A stretch of 63,393 bases of DNA, the filler included, from Stramenopiles sp. TOSAG23-2 (Eukaryota): the NCBI GenBank assembly GCA_900128395.1. It is 3 parts of 3 records of this genome, joined end to end, with 100 filler letters (N's around TTAATTAATTAA, not from the genome) between each part and the next. Parts side by side here need not be neighbours in the genome. Positions count along the whole stretch, not along the records: positions 1 to 21,139 come from LT649542.1; 2 more parts are not named here. One strand, given 5' to 3'. Position 1 is the first letter of the stretch. Each line of letters starts with the position of its first letter. The notes beneath the pieces were generated by a model that did no database searches, was not told the origin of the DNA, and was given only the letters and a program-made list of their open reading frames with translations. The translations under genes were made by a program, and so were the position numbers. Of this stretch, positions 1-12,800 are shown one piece after another.

Positions 1-170
1 AATTGATAGGAAAAATGGTATACTAGTGGAGCCTAAGTTTAAAAAGGTATTTTCAATGTTTTTCCTTTGTTTTCATGTAATGAAATGAAAAATCCATCAT
101 CAAATATATGAAATATAAGAATTTAGGTCATAAATGCTCATTTTAATGAAATTTGATGGAAAATTTCCCT
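1..170 (-). repeat. Dispersed repeat module, reverse-complement copy of the hAT-like element interior (25023-25194)
   Basis: 1-~100 (aattgataggaaaaatggtatactagtggagcctaagttt...atccatcatca) is the near-exact reverse complement of ~25094-25194; weaker similarity continues to 'aaatttccctg' (170) versus 'cagggaaattt' (25023). Confidence 0.9.
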
Positions 171-396
171 GTTGCTATTGTTGTGATGGCTGGCCCGGCT
201 GGGCCGGGCATGGTGGCTGGCCAGCTGAAACTTCGTACATGTACTAAATTAGTGATGATACACATTTTATCATATCGCACCGCATCAAATATCAATCACA
301 ATCATATTTTCATTTTTGTTAACACACTTTTAATTTTAATTCAATAATAATAATAATAATATCATTTCTTGTTTGACCCCTGGTTTGACTTTTGAC

Positions 397-2184
397 ATGG
401 AATTGTCAGATAATAATAGCAAATCAACCCCATTATTACCAGCTATGAGTAACGAAGATCATGTCATTGTATACGACGATATTGATAATAGTGAACATGA
501 CGAGGTCTTATCTCAACTAACTTCGTCAATGGATAGATGGTCGGGATTAAGAAGAAAACGACAGCGAGGAATGACTGGTTTAGGAGATAGTGATGATGAA
601 GATGATAATAGTGTGATGATAAAAAGAAAATCTATGTCTTTAAAAACTTATGGAGGGAGGATATTATCAGAATCAAAACGTAAGTTGTTGAAAAGGCATA
701 AATATTGTAAGATAAAATGCTTAAATTTTATTCGTGTCCCTACTCTTAGGCAACAATGGATTGAAGTCCCAGGTGAAATATATTTAAATTCAAGTATACA
801 TGATGAAAGACGACCTCGTTGGATGGATTTATTATTTGATTTAGTCTTGGTAGGATTTCAAATTCATATTTGGAAATTATTTGTTCAAATGCTCCCTGAT
901 GCAGAAGTATATGATACGTTTGGATTCCTTATTTCTGGGTATGGGATAGTAGCCTTGCTTTGGCAAACCGTTCAGAAGTATCGAAATAGATATCATTCCT
1001 CTGGTTTGCAAGATACTTTTATTTTGATATTTATGATTACCTTAGCCGTTATTGCCATACGGGACTTACATCATTGTACGATATTTGTAACGTGTTCTGC
1101 TATTGATATTTTGATAGATCATCAATGTCACGAGATTTCGCTGGGTATTAGTTTGTTGTACATTTTCTATGGTTTGTTGAATTTATGGGTAGCGTCATTT
1201 AACAAAAAATTCCGTTTAAATAATATTTACGAAGCAATTTGGTTCTTTATATCTTCAATGTCATGGTTGGTAGTAGTAATTATTCCTGTAAGTAGGAAAA
1301 TTTTTAGGATGAATTATGTCTTATCGACATTATTACTTTTAATATGCCGGCCAGCTTTAGTATCAATTGTTAAAAAATTAAAAGATGATTTTCAGCCTCA
1401 AAATGTTTCATATTTACGAGAAAGATTGGGTTTACTTGTTATTGTTAACCTAGCTATTGTAATAGAGCAATCCTTTGAAACAGAATGTATACATAGCAAT
1501 TTTCATCTATGTGATCATGCAATGAACGGTTCGACTGCAATACATACTCCTCGCCGTTTGCAAGCTGTCGCGCCTGAAGAAGTAGATGAAAATAGCTTAA
1601 GTAAAGTATTCTTAGGATTTACGACATTATTTTTAGCATTTTTCATGAAAGTATTGTATTTCAATGTTTATGATTATTCTGAAATGGAAGAACACGTCAG
1701 TAAATACACATATCAACCAATTAACGGCATACGTTTAATTTTAGTATACTTCCTATCAATTGGTTTTAGTTTATTGTCCGCAGATGAAAAAATAACGTTG
1801 TGTCAATTATCTGATATGGAAGATATACATGGGAATCCGACACTTACATACACTTGTGCAATTGTTATTCTTACAATTACCTTCACAATCCATCATTATA
1901 CAAACACGAAAAGGGCTAAGAAGAAATGGCATAGTAGAAAATTTTGGACTTTTATTTGTCTGCGATTTTTTATAGTATTTGCTTGCATTATATTTGATCT
2001 GATTTTTCCTAGAGATGCCAATTCTTATCATATATTTGTTTTTATGATAGCGTTTTTGGTGTCCTTATCTGTGGAGCAATATATCTTAAAATTGCCAATG
2101 CGTTACGGCGCTAAACGTGATAAGGAGCTCCGTTCAAAATTAAACCATTTGGCAGAAAAGGCTGGAAAAAGCAACCACGTGTAA
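397..2184 (+). CDS. LtrA (low temperature requirement A)-like polytopic membrane protein
   Basis: First ATG at 397 (the ORF track starts at a TTG, 373). Motifs RPRWMDLLFDLVLVG and YLRERLGLLVIVNL resemble the LtrA ELFFDLVFV and HLxERFGLFxII motifs; many hydrophobic segments. Confidence 0.7.
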   Translation: MELSDNNSKSTPLLPAMSNEDHVIVYDDIDNSEHDEVLSQLTSSMDRWSGLRRKRQRGMTGLGDSDDEDDNSVMIKRKSMSLKTYGGRILSESKRKLLKRHKYCKIKCLNFIRVPTLRQQWIEVPGEIYLNSSIHDERRPRWMDLLFDLVLVGFQIHIWKLFVQMLPDAEVYDTFGFLISGYGIVALLWQTVQKYRNRYHSSGLQDTFILIFMITLAVIAIRDLHHCTIFVTCSAIDILIDHQCHEISLGISLLYIFYGLLNLWVASFNKKFRLNNIYEAIWFFISSMSWLVVVIIPVSRKIFRMNYVLSTLLLLICRPALVSIVKKLKDDFQPQNVSYLRERLGLLVIVNLAIVIEQSFETECIHSNFHLCDHAMNGSTAIHTPRRLQAVAPEEVDENSLSKVFLGFTTLFLAFFMKVLYFNVYDYSEMEEHVSKYTYQPINGIRLILVYFLSIGFSLLSADEKITLCQLSDMEDIHGNPTLTYTCAIVILTITFTIHHYTNTKRAKKKWHSRKFWTFICLRFFIVFACIIFDLIFPRDANSYHIFVFMIAFLVSLSVEQYILKLPMRYGAKRDKELRSKLNHLAEKAGKSNHV

Positions 2185-2416
2185 AAAAGCATTTTGATAA
2201 CACTAGATATTTTTTTTAAAAATTCTTTTGAGAGTAATAGGAAATTGTCACTGGGTAGAAATAAAAAATTAAAATACGCGTACTTTATTTTGTTATTATT
2301 ATGTATTTATTGGTGTTTGTTATTAATTTGCGCTCTTTTTTCAATTTTCTCCGCCGGTAATGTACTTCTTTTTTTTGTTTCCCCCTTTCTTTTATGTTTT
2401 TTTTATTTAATTTTTT

Positions 2417-3028
2417 TCATCGGATTGGTGATATATGTGGCATCGGACATAAAGAAATATCATATTCATTAGGTCCTGGTGATTCTTTTGCGTTGTGAAT
2501 AGTCCACTCTAAGTCACTCTTTGGATTGGAAGTACTAAAACGGCCACCTTTGAGACGATCCCCTAAATCTTGATCCGGCTTATATTGATTAGGGCCTGGT
2601 GTTTCAGCAGAACGTAACATTATTAAATCTACTGCTGATTTTGGATTTGCATCACTTATTTTTACGCCCCTATTTCCACTTCCGAAAGATGGCACAACAT
2701 ATTCATTCGGCCCTGGAGTCTCTGCAGCTCTTAACATTTTAATTTCAATGTCGCTCTTCGGTCTGGCATTCGAGAAACGACCACCGCCAGGCTTGCTCCA
2801 TTTCCCGGTGGCACTGCATGGCTGAATAAAGTTCTTTGGTCTATTTTTTTTTTTACGAGGCTGGGATAATCGATTTATAATAGCATTGTTAATTGGGGCT
2901 AGTTTAGTTTTGTTGGATGGTAATGGGGAATTATTTTCAATTTTCGAGATTGACGACGATTTTTTCCGATGGCCATTGTTTGTATTTATAGGTGACAATT
3001 TAATGCCTTTGGTTTTTCGATTAGACAT
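2417..3028 (-). CDS. Sperm-tail PG-rich repeat (STPG/SHIPPO/ODF3-like) axonemal protein
   Basis: Three repeats with ETPGPNEY, ETPGPNQY and ESPGPNEY, each preceded by a G(G)RFSxxxPKS-like unit. Confidence 0.8.
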   Translation of the reverse strand: MSNRKTKGIKLSPINTNNGHRKKSSSISKIENNSPLPSNKTKLAPINNAIINRLSQPRKKKNRPKNFIQPCSATGKWSKPGGGRFSNARPKSDIEIKMLRAAETPGPNEYVVPSFGSGNRGVKISDANPKSAVDLIMLRSAETPGPNQYKPDQDLGDRLKGGRFSTSNPKSDLEWTIHNAKESPGPNEYDISLCPMPHISPIR

Positions 3029-3139
3029 TTAAATTACTTTGCATTATATATATACATACAGGAATTTATCAATAAAAATGTAAACAGAAAGTGTAATATA
3101 TATAGATACATTTATATATGCATGTATAAAATATAATAG

Positions 3140-3171
<32 letters not shown>

Positions 3172-3896
3172 TAATACTACTATTAATACAATAATAATAA
3201 TAGCTGAAGAAGCTATGCAACCTATATGAGGTCGTAATACCAGAATAGCTCCTAACCTGGAATACACAGTAACAGTGTTATGGAGAATTAAAACTCTTCC
3301 AGCTACTATACGAGGCGTAGAGATATTAGCTACAAGGCAGGTACTGTTACTGTATCTAGACTCTTTTCTATGTAGCTTATAGCCTGATGATGCTGGATAG
3401 CCTGGATAGCTGGACGATAGCTAAGCTACGAGATGCTAAGATAGCTCTAGCTATTAATAGCTTCTGAAGTAGTGAGTAGGGTTGCCCTATTAATATGTAA
3501 AAAAGCAAAAAGAAGAAACGCTATATACTACCACCAGTATACCACGTGGTGGTACAACATTACAACCAGCTTTTCCAGTTCTGGAATGCCAGAATGTGGT
3601 GCTGGATGCCAGCCTGGCCAGCCCAGTTGCCCTGGAAGATGCTGGAATGCCAGAAGGAATGCCAGAATGCCAGGAATGCCAGGAATGCAGCAGTTATTTT
3701 TTCTTTTTTTCATCAACAACGCGACACCAACACACAACATGATATCAATAATAATAAAAGAATAAGAATAATAGTCATCTATTTAAATTATACATATAGT
3801 TCTAGTTATATATTGAAAATGATGCTAATAGTAGTAATTTTATTAAACGACATACCATACCGATAAATACCTCGATATAGATGCCGCTGTTGCAAG

Positions 3897-6800
3897 ATGC
3901 AGCAAGACACAAAAGTTCCCCCGGATACATCTTCTCGTATCATCAAAGGCTATATATCATCGTTGAATAATGAAGAGGAAGAGCGGGAACAAGCAGAAAG
4001 GTCAATTGCTATGTTAGAAAATGCTATTAAGCAAGTATCAAGCATATCAAATCCTCTAAACCCTAGTTTCGCTGTGCCTGCGAAGCCAGAAACAGCAAGA
4101 GACAGATCAAGGAAGCGCAGAGGCGAATCGTTGCGAGAGAAAAATTCACGACTGTTAAAACCAAAGGCACCAGCTAAAATTCCACTTTTTTCAAGACTAC
4201 ATACTGTAAATAAAATTAATGATAAAAACTTTCTTTTGAATGAGAAAGAACGAAAACAAGTATTAGCTAGAAAAGCTGAAATTGTTAAAGCTAGATTCAC
4301 CTCGAAAGGAAGTTTTAACGTAAGGCCAACACAAGTTGCTCCTCCCATTCCTGTCTATGTCCCTCCGAAAAATGCAAAAAAATCTGTTCGTATGGCAGAG
4401 TTAAGATATACAAAAAAAAGAAGAAAACGACCAAAACCATCACCAATGGGGGCTCCTATTAAGCATTCAATTATTATAACACCAACAATTTCGGAAAGAA
4501 TTGGTATGTATTATGGCTCTACTATGTTATCCCCGAGAACTTTAAGCGCATTGGCAAAAATAAATGGTGAAAAAGCCAAAGAGAAAAAATTTCGATGTTT
4601 ACTAAAGCCGTTTCCAAATGTCGTTAAACAGGATGTTGGACGTTTAAGTGTAACAAAACATCGAAATATTTTATGTTCTGTTTATGAATTGGAAGATGTT
4701 CTATGGAACGATTATGAATTACATTATTCACGTTCAATTGGTGATAAAGTAATACATTTACCGAGTGGTAAACTATGTGTAATAAAGCATTTGAAACCAC
4801 GTCATCGCCGGTACATATTAGAACATGTTCAAGATAATAAACCCAATATTAAAGCAGATATAGCTAATGCCAATATTGTACAATTTTCTGCAAAGCGAAC
4901 GGAAACTTTACCAATTTCAGATGACAATCGAACTATGTTTCTTGCAATCTGTAAAAATATAAAAGAACAGCAAGATTTTCATCTAAAGCGAGCACTTTTG
5001 ATGCAGTATGATGAATGGGTGCATCAACATTTAAAGAAAATTAACCAATTGCCATCGTATCCATTCGTAAAGTTTGAAAAAAATAAAGAAGTAGAGTCTA
5101 TAGGATTAAATGCTATTCGTCAGAGTCATCCCTTGTATTTAAATGCAAAACATCATATTTTACAAGACAAGGCTTCATATAGTGGCCTTACAAACATAAT
5201 AAACAACAATGTTACTGACAGCATGGACAATATGACATTCAATGAAACAAGGAATAAAATAAAAATTCAACACATTTTTTCAGTACATCATGCAAGCGAG
5301 TTAATTTTATCCATTTTCGATTCTTTTCCACCAGATCATTTATTTAAAAGTAGGAACATGTCAGAATTACCATGTAATGCGCGCCGTTATCGTTCTCAAG
5401 AAACAGCCAGAAGAAATCTAATTATAGCAAAACTGGACAATAAATGGAGAAGAAATATTATAAAACAAATATGCAGTATACACGATTTATTAGGTTTTGA
5501 TTTAAAACGTTTCAGTTCAGAGGAAGAATATAATAAAAGTTTTACAAAACGATTAATTAGAAGGGTTGAACTACAGATGGTGCAAGTATTACGATTTCAT
5601 TTTGAACAATGGGCTGCAGATTTTGTCAGCCACATGTATCTCTTTCATAAATTACGACACCCATATTTTAAAGTCCAGGTAAATGTTGGTTATAAAAAAA
5701 ATAACGTGACTGAGAAGACGCAGTTTAGTGGTGCAAGCTTAAATCCATTTATAGTTCCAACATTGACGGATCTCGAATGGCCCTTTGTACAAATCGCAGC
5801 TCTAGCGGATGATATTAGAAGTCGAATAACACCTTTACGTGGAAGCATCTGCCCCTTACTGCCTTATGAAGGGCGACCCTTGTATGATCCATTGAGTGTA
5901 TATAGCCATGTTCCGATGTTGCATAAAAAATTATGTCTTCTTTTTGATAAGACAAAAATTGCTGTGGAAAATGTTTTAGTAAAATATACTTATGATTTTG
6001 AAACAATGGATAATTCATATCACGCGTATGACTTATTGGAAAATAGGATAAAGTTTACAACTGTCAATAGTTATACTGATCAAACTTTGTTCATTAATAC
6101 CGCCGGCGCTAAAACATTTCTTCATGTTCAAATAAAAGCGAAGCGAGAGAATCATTTAGAAAAAGATAATTTAAAAGTAGAAAAGTTAATGAAAAGTGCT
6201 TTGATAGAGTTAAAGGACGCGCTAGAATTAATTGCGAGGGTACCTAGTACGCCAGAGGAATGGGCAGAACAAATGGCCTTTAGGCGAAATAGGCATCAAT
6301 TTGCTAGAAGAATTAATGTAAATGTTATTCAAGTCGTTCTTCAGAAAATTAGTCAGCTAGAATTGTTTTTCCTAAGATTTCCTCGTGATGTATACAAAGT
6401 GCTTTATTCCATACAAGAACACAATGTACAAGTATTTAATGGTGCAAGAGACATGGAACAAATGTTAGCAAAAACTGGCAAAAAATTAAGCTCAGAATTT
6501 CGTAAGCAACAAGGAGCTTACAGGAAGAAGATAGAGATTTTAACTGAAAATTTACTTGCATATGAAGAAAATACAAATATGGAGTTAGCATTAGACTTTG
6601 TTGATGATCTGGAGCAACTGGGGGATAAAATTACTGTGATGTTGAAACAGCGCGAAACAATGATTTTTCACCAAAAACAGTTGGAAATTGAAATTAAAGC
6701 CAAAGACAAATTTTTGCAACTTGATCATCTCTGTAATGAACATAAAATTTTTTCGACACTATGGAAAGTGGGTGGTGAATGGTCCACATTTAGTGAAAAT

Positions 6801-9800
6801 TGGATACATGGCGAATTTAACAGAGTAAATGTCATTGAAGTAAAAGAAAAATTGGAAGAATGGACACCGCTAATTGTGTGGCTCCTTGCAGAACCATTGA
6901 AAGAGAGAAAAACACCACGCTCCGTTGCAAATAGATTGCGTCTCTTGCTTCATGGTTTCAAAAAGCATGTTCCAAATCTTGAGCGATTGAGACATCCCGG
7001 AATGCGACATCGGCACTGGCAGAAAATCGGTTTACGCCCTGAAACGTTCCAGGAAATACTAGATGCTAAGATAGAAACATCACTTATTATCAAAGTAAAT
7101 CATGTTGCGGATGAGGAATATAAATTAGAGATGGAAGTGGATAAAATGCAAAAAGACTACAAAAAAGATCCTATTTTCAAATTCGATTCGATGCAAAATA
7201 TATTAGACATGATACAAGTAACTTCATTAAGGGTCAAGGTTATTTTACAGTCGCCATATTCCGAACCCCATGAATTGGAATTTTACGAATGGCTTCATGA
7301 ATTAGAAGAAACAAAACATTTTTCTTCTATATGGAAAAGTATACACGATCAATGGAATCGATTAAAATTTTTACAAACAGATAAATCATTTGAAACACTT
7401 TGTACAAAAGCGCATGCTCATTTATTGAAGCTAAGCCAAACATTATCGCTTCAATTGGAGCATATAAGCAATAAATCAATGGTAAAAGTTGCAACCGATG
7501 ATAACATAAATAATGCATCTGCTATGATCAAGATATTAAACCGTGTTGGTTTACAAACAGATTTGTACATAAAGGAGAAACGCATGGCATACCCGCGGCT
7601 GTATTTATTGTCGCAAGAAGATACGCTTGCTGCATTAAGAAACGAAACCGACGTTATGATAAAATTGTTTGGAAATGGCACATTAAAATATTGCAATGAG
7701 AATGAAATGATCAGCATCCATGGGCAGTCTATTTTGTTGGAAAAGTGTATTGAAGAACGGAAGATTGAGGAAAATCAACTGTTAGAACAAGCAAAGGCAA
7801 AATTAAAAGCGATGGAAAAAGCTAAAAAGATACAAGAAAAAAGCGGGAAGTCTCCGCCTATCGTTGAATATGAGCCAGAAACGATTCCAATACTAAAGAT
7901 CATTGAATTAAGAATGAAATATTCATATCAGCGTGATTTGCGATACATGATAAAACATATTGAAAGAGATGAGTACAAAAATATCAATATTAAAACTGCA
8001 AACATTTACATGATTCAACAAGCTCTTCATATATGTTGGACGTCGAGTATGGAAAATATTATGTCATTAAAAGACGGCAGTCGTATCTTGGACAAATTGA
8101 AACATCATTTAAAGCACATAAGCGATCAAATTGATGTCCTAATCCCATCATATAAGTCGGCGACAAATTCTACTCATGCTACATCAAACTTGTTGTTACT
8201 TCTCATAGAAGTCAGAGATAAAATAGATCATGTTATTAAGAAGCATATTAGAACTATCGATTCCTTTGGATGGTATAGTTTAGTACGCACATATTTATCT
8301 TCTTCAGATAAATCTGCGGCAATAACAAAGGTTGGTTCTAGTGAAATTAAGCATGAAAACGAATTCATTGGAGGATACTCAAGAGCAATAATAACTCCTT
8401 TAACATATCGTTGTATACAAGCTATGTACATGTCATCCGTCGGTATGTTACATGGCGCTATATTACAGGGTGCAAACCAATTAGGAAATTATCGTGATGG
8501 AATTGTGTTTGATATGGCAGCATATTTAGGAAAAATTTATGTACCGTTATATTGTACGCCTCTTATGGATAGCAATGAAATCATTCGTATAATGAAAGGA
8601 ATAGTATCTCTAGGTGCGTGGGCATTGTTTAAATCACCAAGAAAGTTCTCTGTCAATGTCACGCAGACAATTGCTACAATTGTATCACATGTTCAAATTG
8701 CATATCAAGAAAGCGTAGAAAACATATATGTTGGAAAGCAAGAAGTTCAATTTTGTAAGCCTACCTTTTTCTTTGTTACTCGAGGGAGTGGCAAGTCTAC
8801 TTTACCTATGACTCAAGGATATACACCAATACAATTTTCACGCCCTAATTTTGGACTAGTGAGTGAACTTTTGTTGGTAACATATGGTTTTAAAGATGCT
8901 AGAATTTTATCATTGAAACTAGTAGCATGTCTTGTTGCGTATGGTTTGGAGCCTCAGGTTCAGAAAGTGGTGGAGCGTTCTGCAACGCTTTTAAATGATG
9001 CATTAAAATCAGGTAGCAAAAACTCGATCGGCGATTCAAAAGAAATAGATGAAGGGGCAATTATCTCAGCAGCATTAAAAAGTTTCGTTCCTTCTTCCTC
9101 TGCATTTGTTATTGATTATTTTGGCGGCTCCATGGTTATTGATAAAGTACAATCGACTCAGAAAAAAGTAAATTTCACTGAAGAAATAAATCGTGTAGCA
9201 ACATTATTGAATAGCACGGTAGGATATGAACGTAGTATGCTAGTCTCTGGTCAAATCCATTCCGGAAAAACATTAGCAATAAAAAAAACAATAGGCGAAA
9301 ATGGGCGTGTCTTACCCGTGTATATTGATTCGTATATAAGCATTGAAGATTTATGGGGCGGCATGGTTACATCAAGTCGCTCCACTAAGAAGAAACAAGA
9401 ATTTGTATGGTCAAATGGAATAATTGCAAAGGTCATGAAACAATTATCCGAGATCAATGACCATGAAGAAGCGGGAAAAGAGGATAATAGTAGTAAAAAA
9501 AGTTGGATTGTGTTTGATGGTGTTCTTACGCCTGATTTTACAGATGCGGTTGAGACATTACTACGCCAGAAGCCTAGGATGTTTCCAAGTCCAGTTAATG
9601 ATAACTTTTACTTATCCAAAACTACGGAGATTGTTTTCGAAACGGTGACTATAGAAAGTTGTTCCCCGTCGTTTGTAACAAATTGCACATCAATTAATAT
9701 CCGCGATACCACAATATATTGGCCTGCAATTTTCACTTTAATCAAATTTAAGCGCACTGATAATGTTTTAAAAACATATTTGGATAAATGTAAGTTATTC

Positions 9801-12800
9801 TTTTTTAATGAGCAGCATGAAGCAAGTGCGCATTATGTTATATTAAGAACAGTGACAACCATGAAAAACATTATGAATAGTTTGCAAAACGTCATATTAT
9901 CTCAAAATAAAGTAAAATCCACTTCAAAAAAGAAAATACCTGAAATAGTAATATTTTTTGCCAGCATTTGGTCTTTCGGAGTTGAAGCTTTAATTGGTGG
10001 ATTCAAAGAACTGACAAAAATTGATTCTTTTTTTAACGATATGGCAAAAGAAATGCATATTTCGTTTCCAAAACGATGTGGCATATTTGATATCCAAATA
10101 GATCTAAATACAAACTTATTTACTCCATGGACAACGACACAAAACGTAAAAACACTAAAAGGATTGCAAATTCGAAGATTAAATTACATTTCAAGTATGT
10201 TACTTCAGAATAAAGTCAATGTATGTGTAGTCGATCCGGGAGCTGTGAATGTCTCAAAACTGGAACCTGAATTGACAAACGAACTAATGAAAATTGACAT
10301 TACAGCATTTAGTACACAAAATACCCCTTGCTCCTTCCATAAGAAAATATTACCATTATTAGAAAAGGAATCTAGTAACAGGTACAGGCCAAAAAAACTA
10401 GATACGACGTTAATCGTTGTTATCGATGATGTTAATGTGCCATCCAAAAACAATTTGAAGCATATTGAACATTCCAGATGTTATGCTGATTATTCTGGCT
10501 GGTGGTTTCCCAATGGTAATTGGTGTAAAGTAGACAATGTTGTCTTTTCCATCTCTTGTCCATCTAAAAAAATAAATAGCAAAGGCAATAATACACAATG
10601 CAATAGGCTATTAAAAAACTACGCTTTGCTACTGAATGAACAAGTTATTTTGGAAAGCGCGATTCTCAATACGTTCCAAGCAAAATTGGTAAAATTATGT
10701 ATGAATGCAAAAGCTAGCGATGAAGTGAGAAATTTATCAAAAACTATTGCTGGAGTGTCAGATAAACTCCATCGCGCTGTTAATCATGCATTTGAAAAGC
10801 AAACGTCAACAACAATTTTCACCAACGAAGTTTTTAACCGCATCTACTATTCATTTGAAGTGGTAGATCATGAAAATTTTACAACACCATTAAATTACAT
10901 TTCACTGTGGCATCACTCGGTGCAACATGTATACGGAGACCACTTAGCATTACACCGGGATAGAAAATTACTACGAGAGACCATTGAAGCAGTTATACAA
11001 AAGGAATTGCCAGAATACTCTGCAAGCTTGAGCCAAAGGCAACTGTGTTACTATGAACCTATTTTATATAGACGAAACAAATGGGAAGAAGGTTTATCAT
11101 TCGCTGAATCATGGAAAGAAATGGGTATCGCTGGGAACGATGGCCAACCTGGATTACACGAGCAGTTTGTAAAAGAAGTTCTTAAGATTTCTCGTGTTAT
11201 TCGATCAAAGAGGTTATGTCCTCTTGTAATTTTTGGTGATGATCGTACGGCTCTTTGCAAACTCGTCGGTAGCTCAAGTAAAATTTTAGGTTTTAAAACT
11301 GAAATCATTGAAATGCGATCGTTGTTACGCGATGATGTGAAGTCACAAAACAACACCATTTTAATAGTTGGCAATTGTTCATGGGGCACTATGACAAAAC
11401 AGGCATTTGATGGGGGTCCATCTACTATAAGCGTAATTTTGTCAAAGCAGGATGTGTTAAAAACAAATGCTAGGATTGTATATATAGTACAATCATCTGA
11501 CAAACATGCTTGTAAGTATTGGAGAGACCACGGAATGAGCTTTGCATCTATGATATCTACAAGTCAACCACCGAGTTCGTTTTTAATGAAGTCTATGAAT
11601 AATTTGATGGAGGATACAGATGATAGATCAGCCGCGATACCGTCGTTAACTAGTATTTATAGACAAATATCCAATGTTTGGCAAATCAACTTTGGAATTC
11701 CGTGTATACCGAGACAGCTTGAAGATTGTGTTAGACTGGTTTCAACTTTAATCACCAACTATCGTAAGAATACGATCTTAGTTGCAGAGGATTATAAAAG
11801 AAATGAAGAAAAAATTATTAATCTTATGAACAATATGGAAAAAAATGATGAAAGAATTAAAGGTATAGAGCTAGACATAAAACATTTTCATAAAAAAATT
11901 GATGGCGAAAACCACAAGATATACAAATATGAGGATCGATTGAAAGTTACTGAAAAGGATACAGAGGATTATGCTGGTAAACTTGACCAATTAGCACAAA
12001 CAGAAATCGTCTTAGTGGAGTCCACATCTTCCAATTTAAAAACATTATTCAACTCGTATAAAAATATTTTGCTTTCAATGGATGGTGATGAAGAAGGACG
12101 AGAAGCGCTAGTTAAATTTTTAAATAAAGGAAAATCAAAAAAAAGTAAAAAGAAAAAAGCTTCCAAGAAGCCAGCTTCTTCTTCTGCAAAGATTTTATTC
12201 CAAGGACTTGTATATATATTTGGAAAGTCGGTAAAGGCAAAAGATGCTTTTAAGAAGATGAAAGCTTTAATCAAAATGAAAACTGCATCAAAAGAAGGAA
12301 TATCAGTCAAGCTAATACCTAGCAGTATGGATGAACAAACTATTCGACTTTTCTCTGCATTTGTCGATACGGCCGAATTCAATGAATTGCTAATGGATGA
12401 AAACAATGGACAAATAGTTGTTTCATGTGCTCATTGGATAAAAGAAGTGAATAAAATGATCCAATTAAAATCAAACTTTGAAACAAAAAAGGCTCAACTA
12501 ACAAAACGGATGCTTGATGCTAATACTAATAAGGCAAAGTTAGAAAATGAAAGCTCCAATTTACGTGCTAAAATTGAGGTCGGAAGAAACAATGTCCAGA
12601 AATTTAGCAATGAACGTGATAAATTGCAAGAAAAAGTAGCACGTTCTAGCATAGACACGGAAGATTGCAACAGTATTTTAGAAAGAATGCAATCATACCG
12701 AAAAAAATGGGCAGACCATATGGAGCGTCATGAAAGGTTCTCGAAAACATGGTTGGGCGACATAATACTCACCGCAGCGTTTGTAGTATTTGCAGGTCCC

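Noticed and set aside
3626-3640. GTTGCCCTGGAAGA as an RFX X-box upstream of ciliary genes
   Set aside because: The second half-site does not match RGYAAC, and RFX factors are not expected outside opisthokonts/amoebozoans; no support.
3472-3866. Short ORFs (97, 70 and 106 aa) over the GAATGCCAG island
   Set aside because: By-products of a stop-poor GC-rich repeat in an intergenic region; no recognisable protein features.
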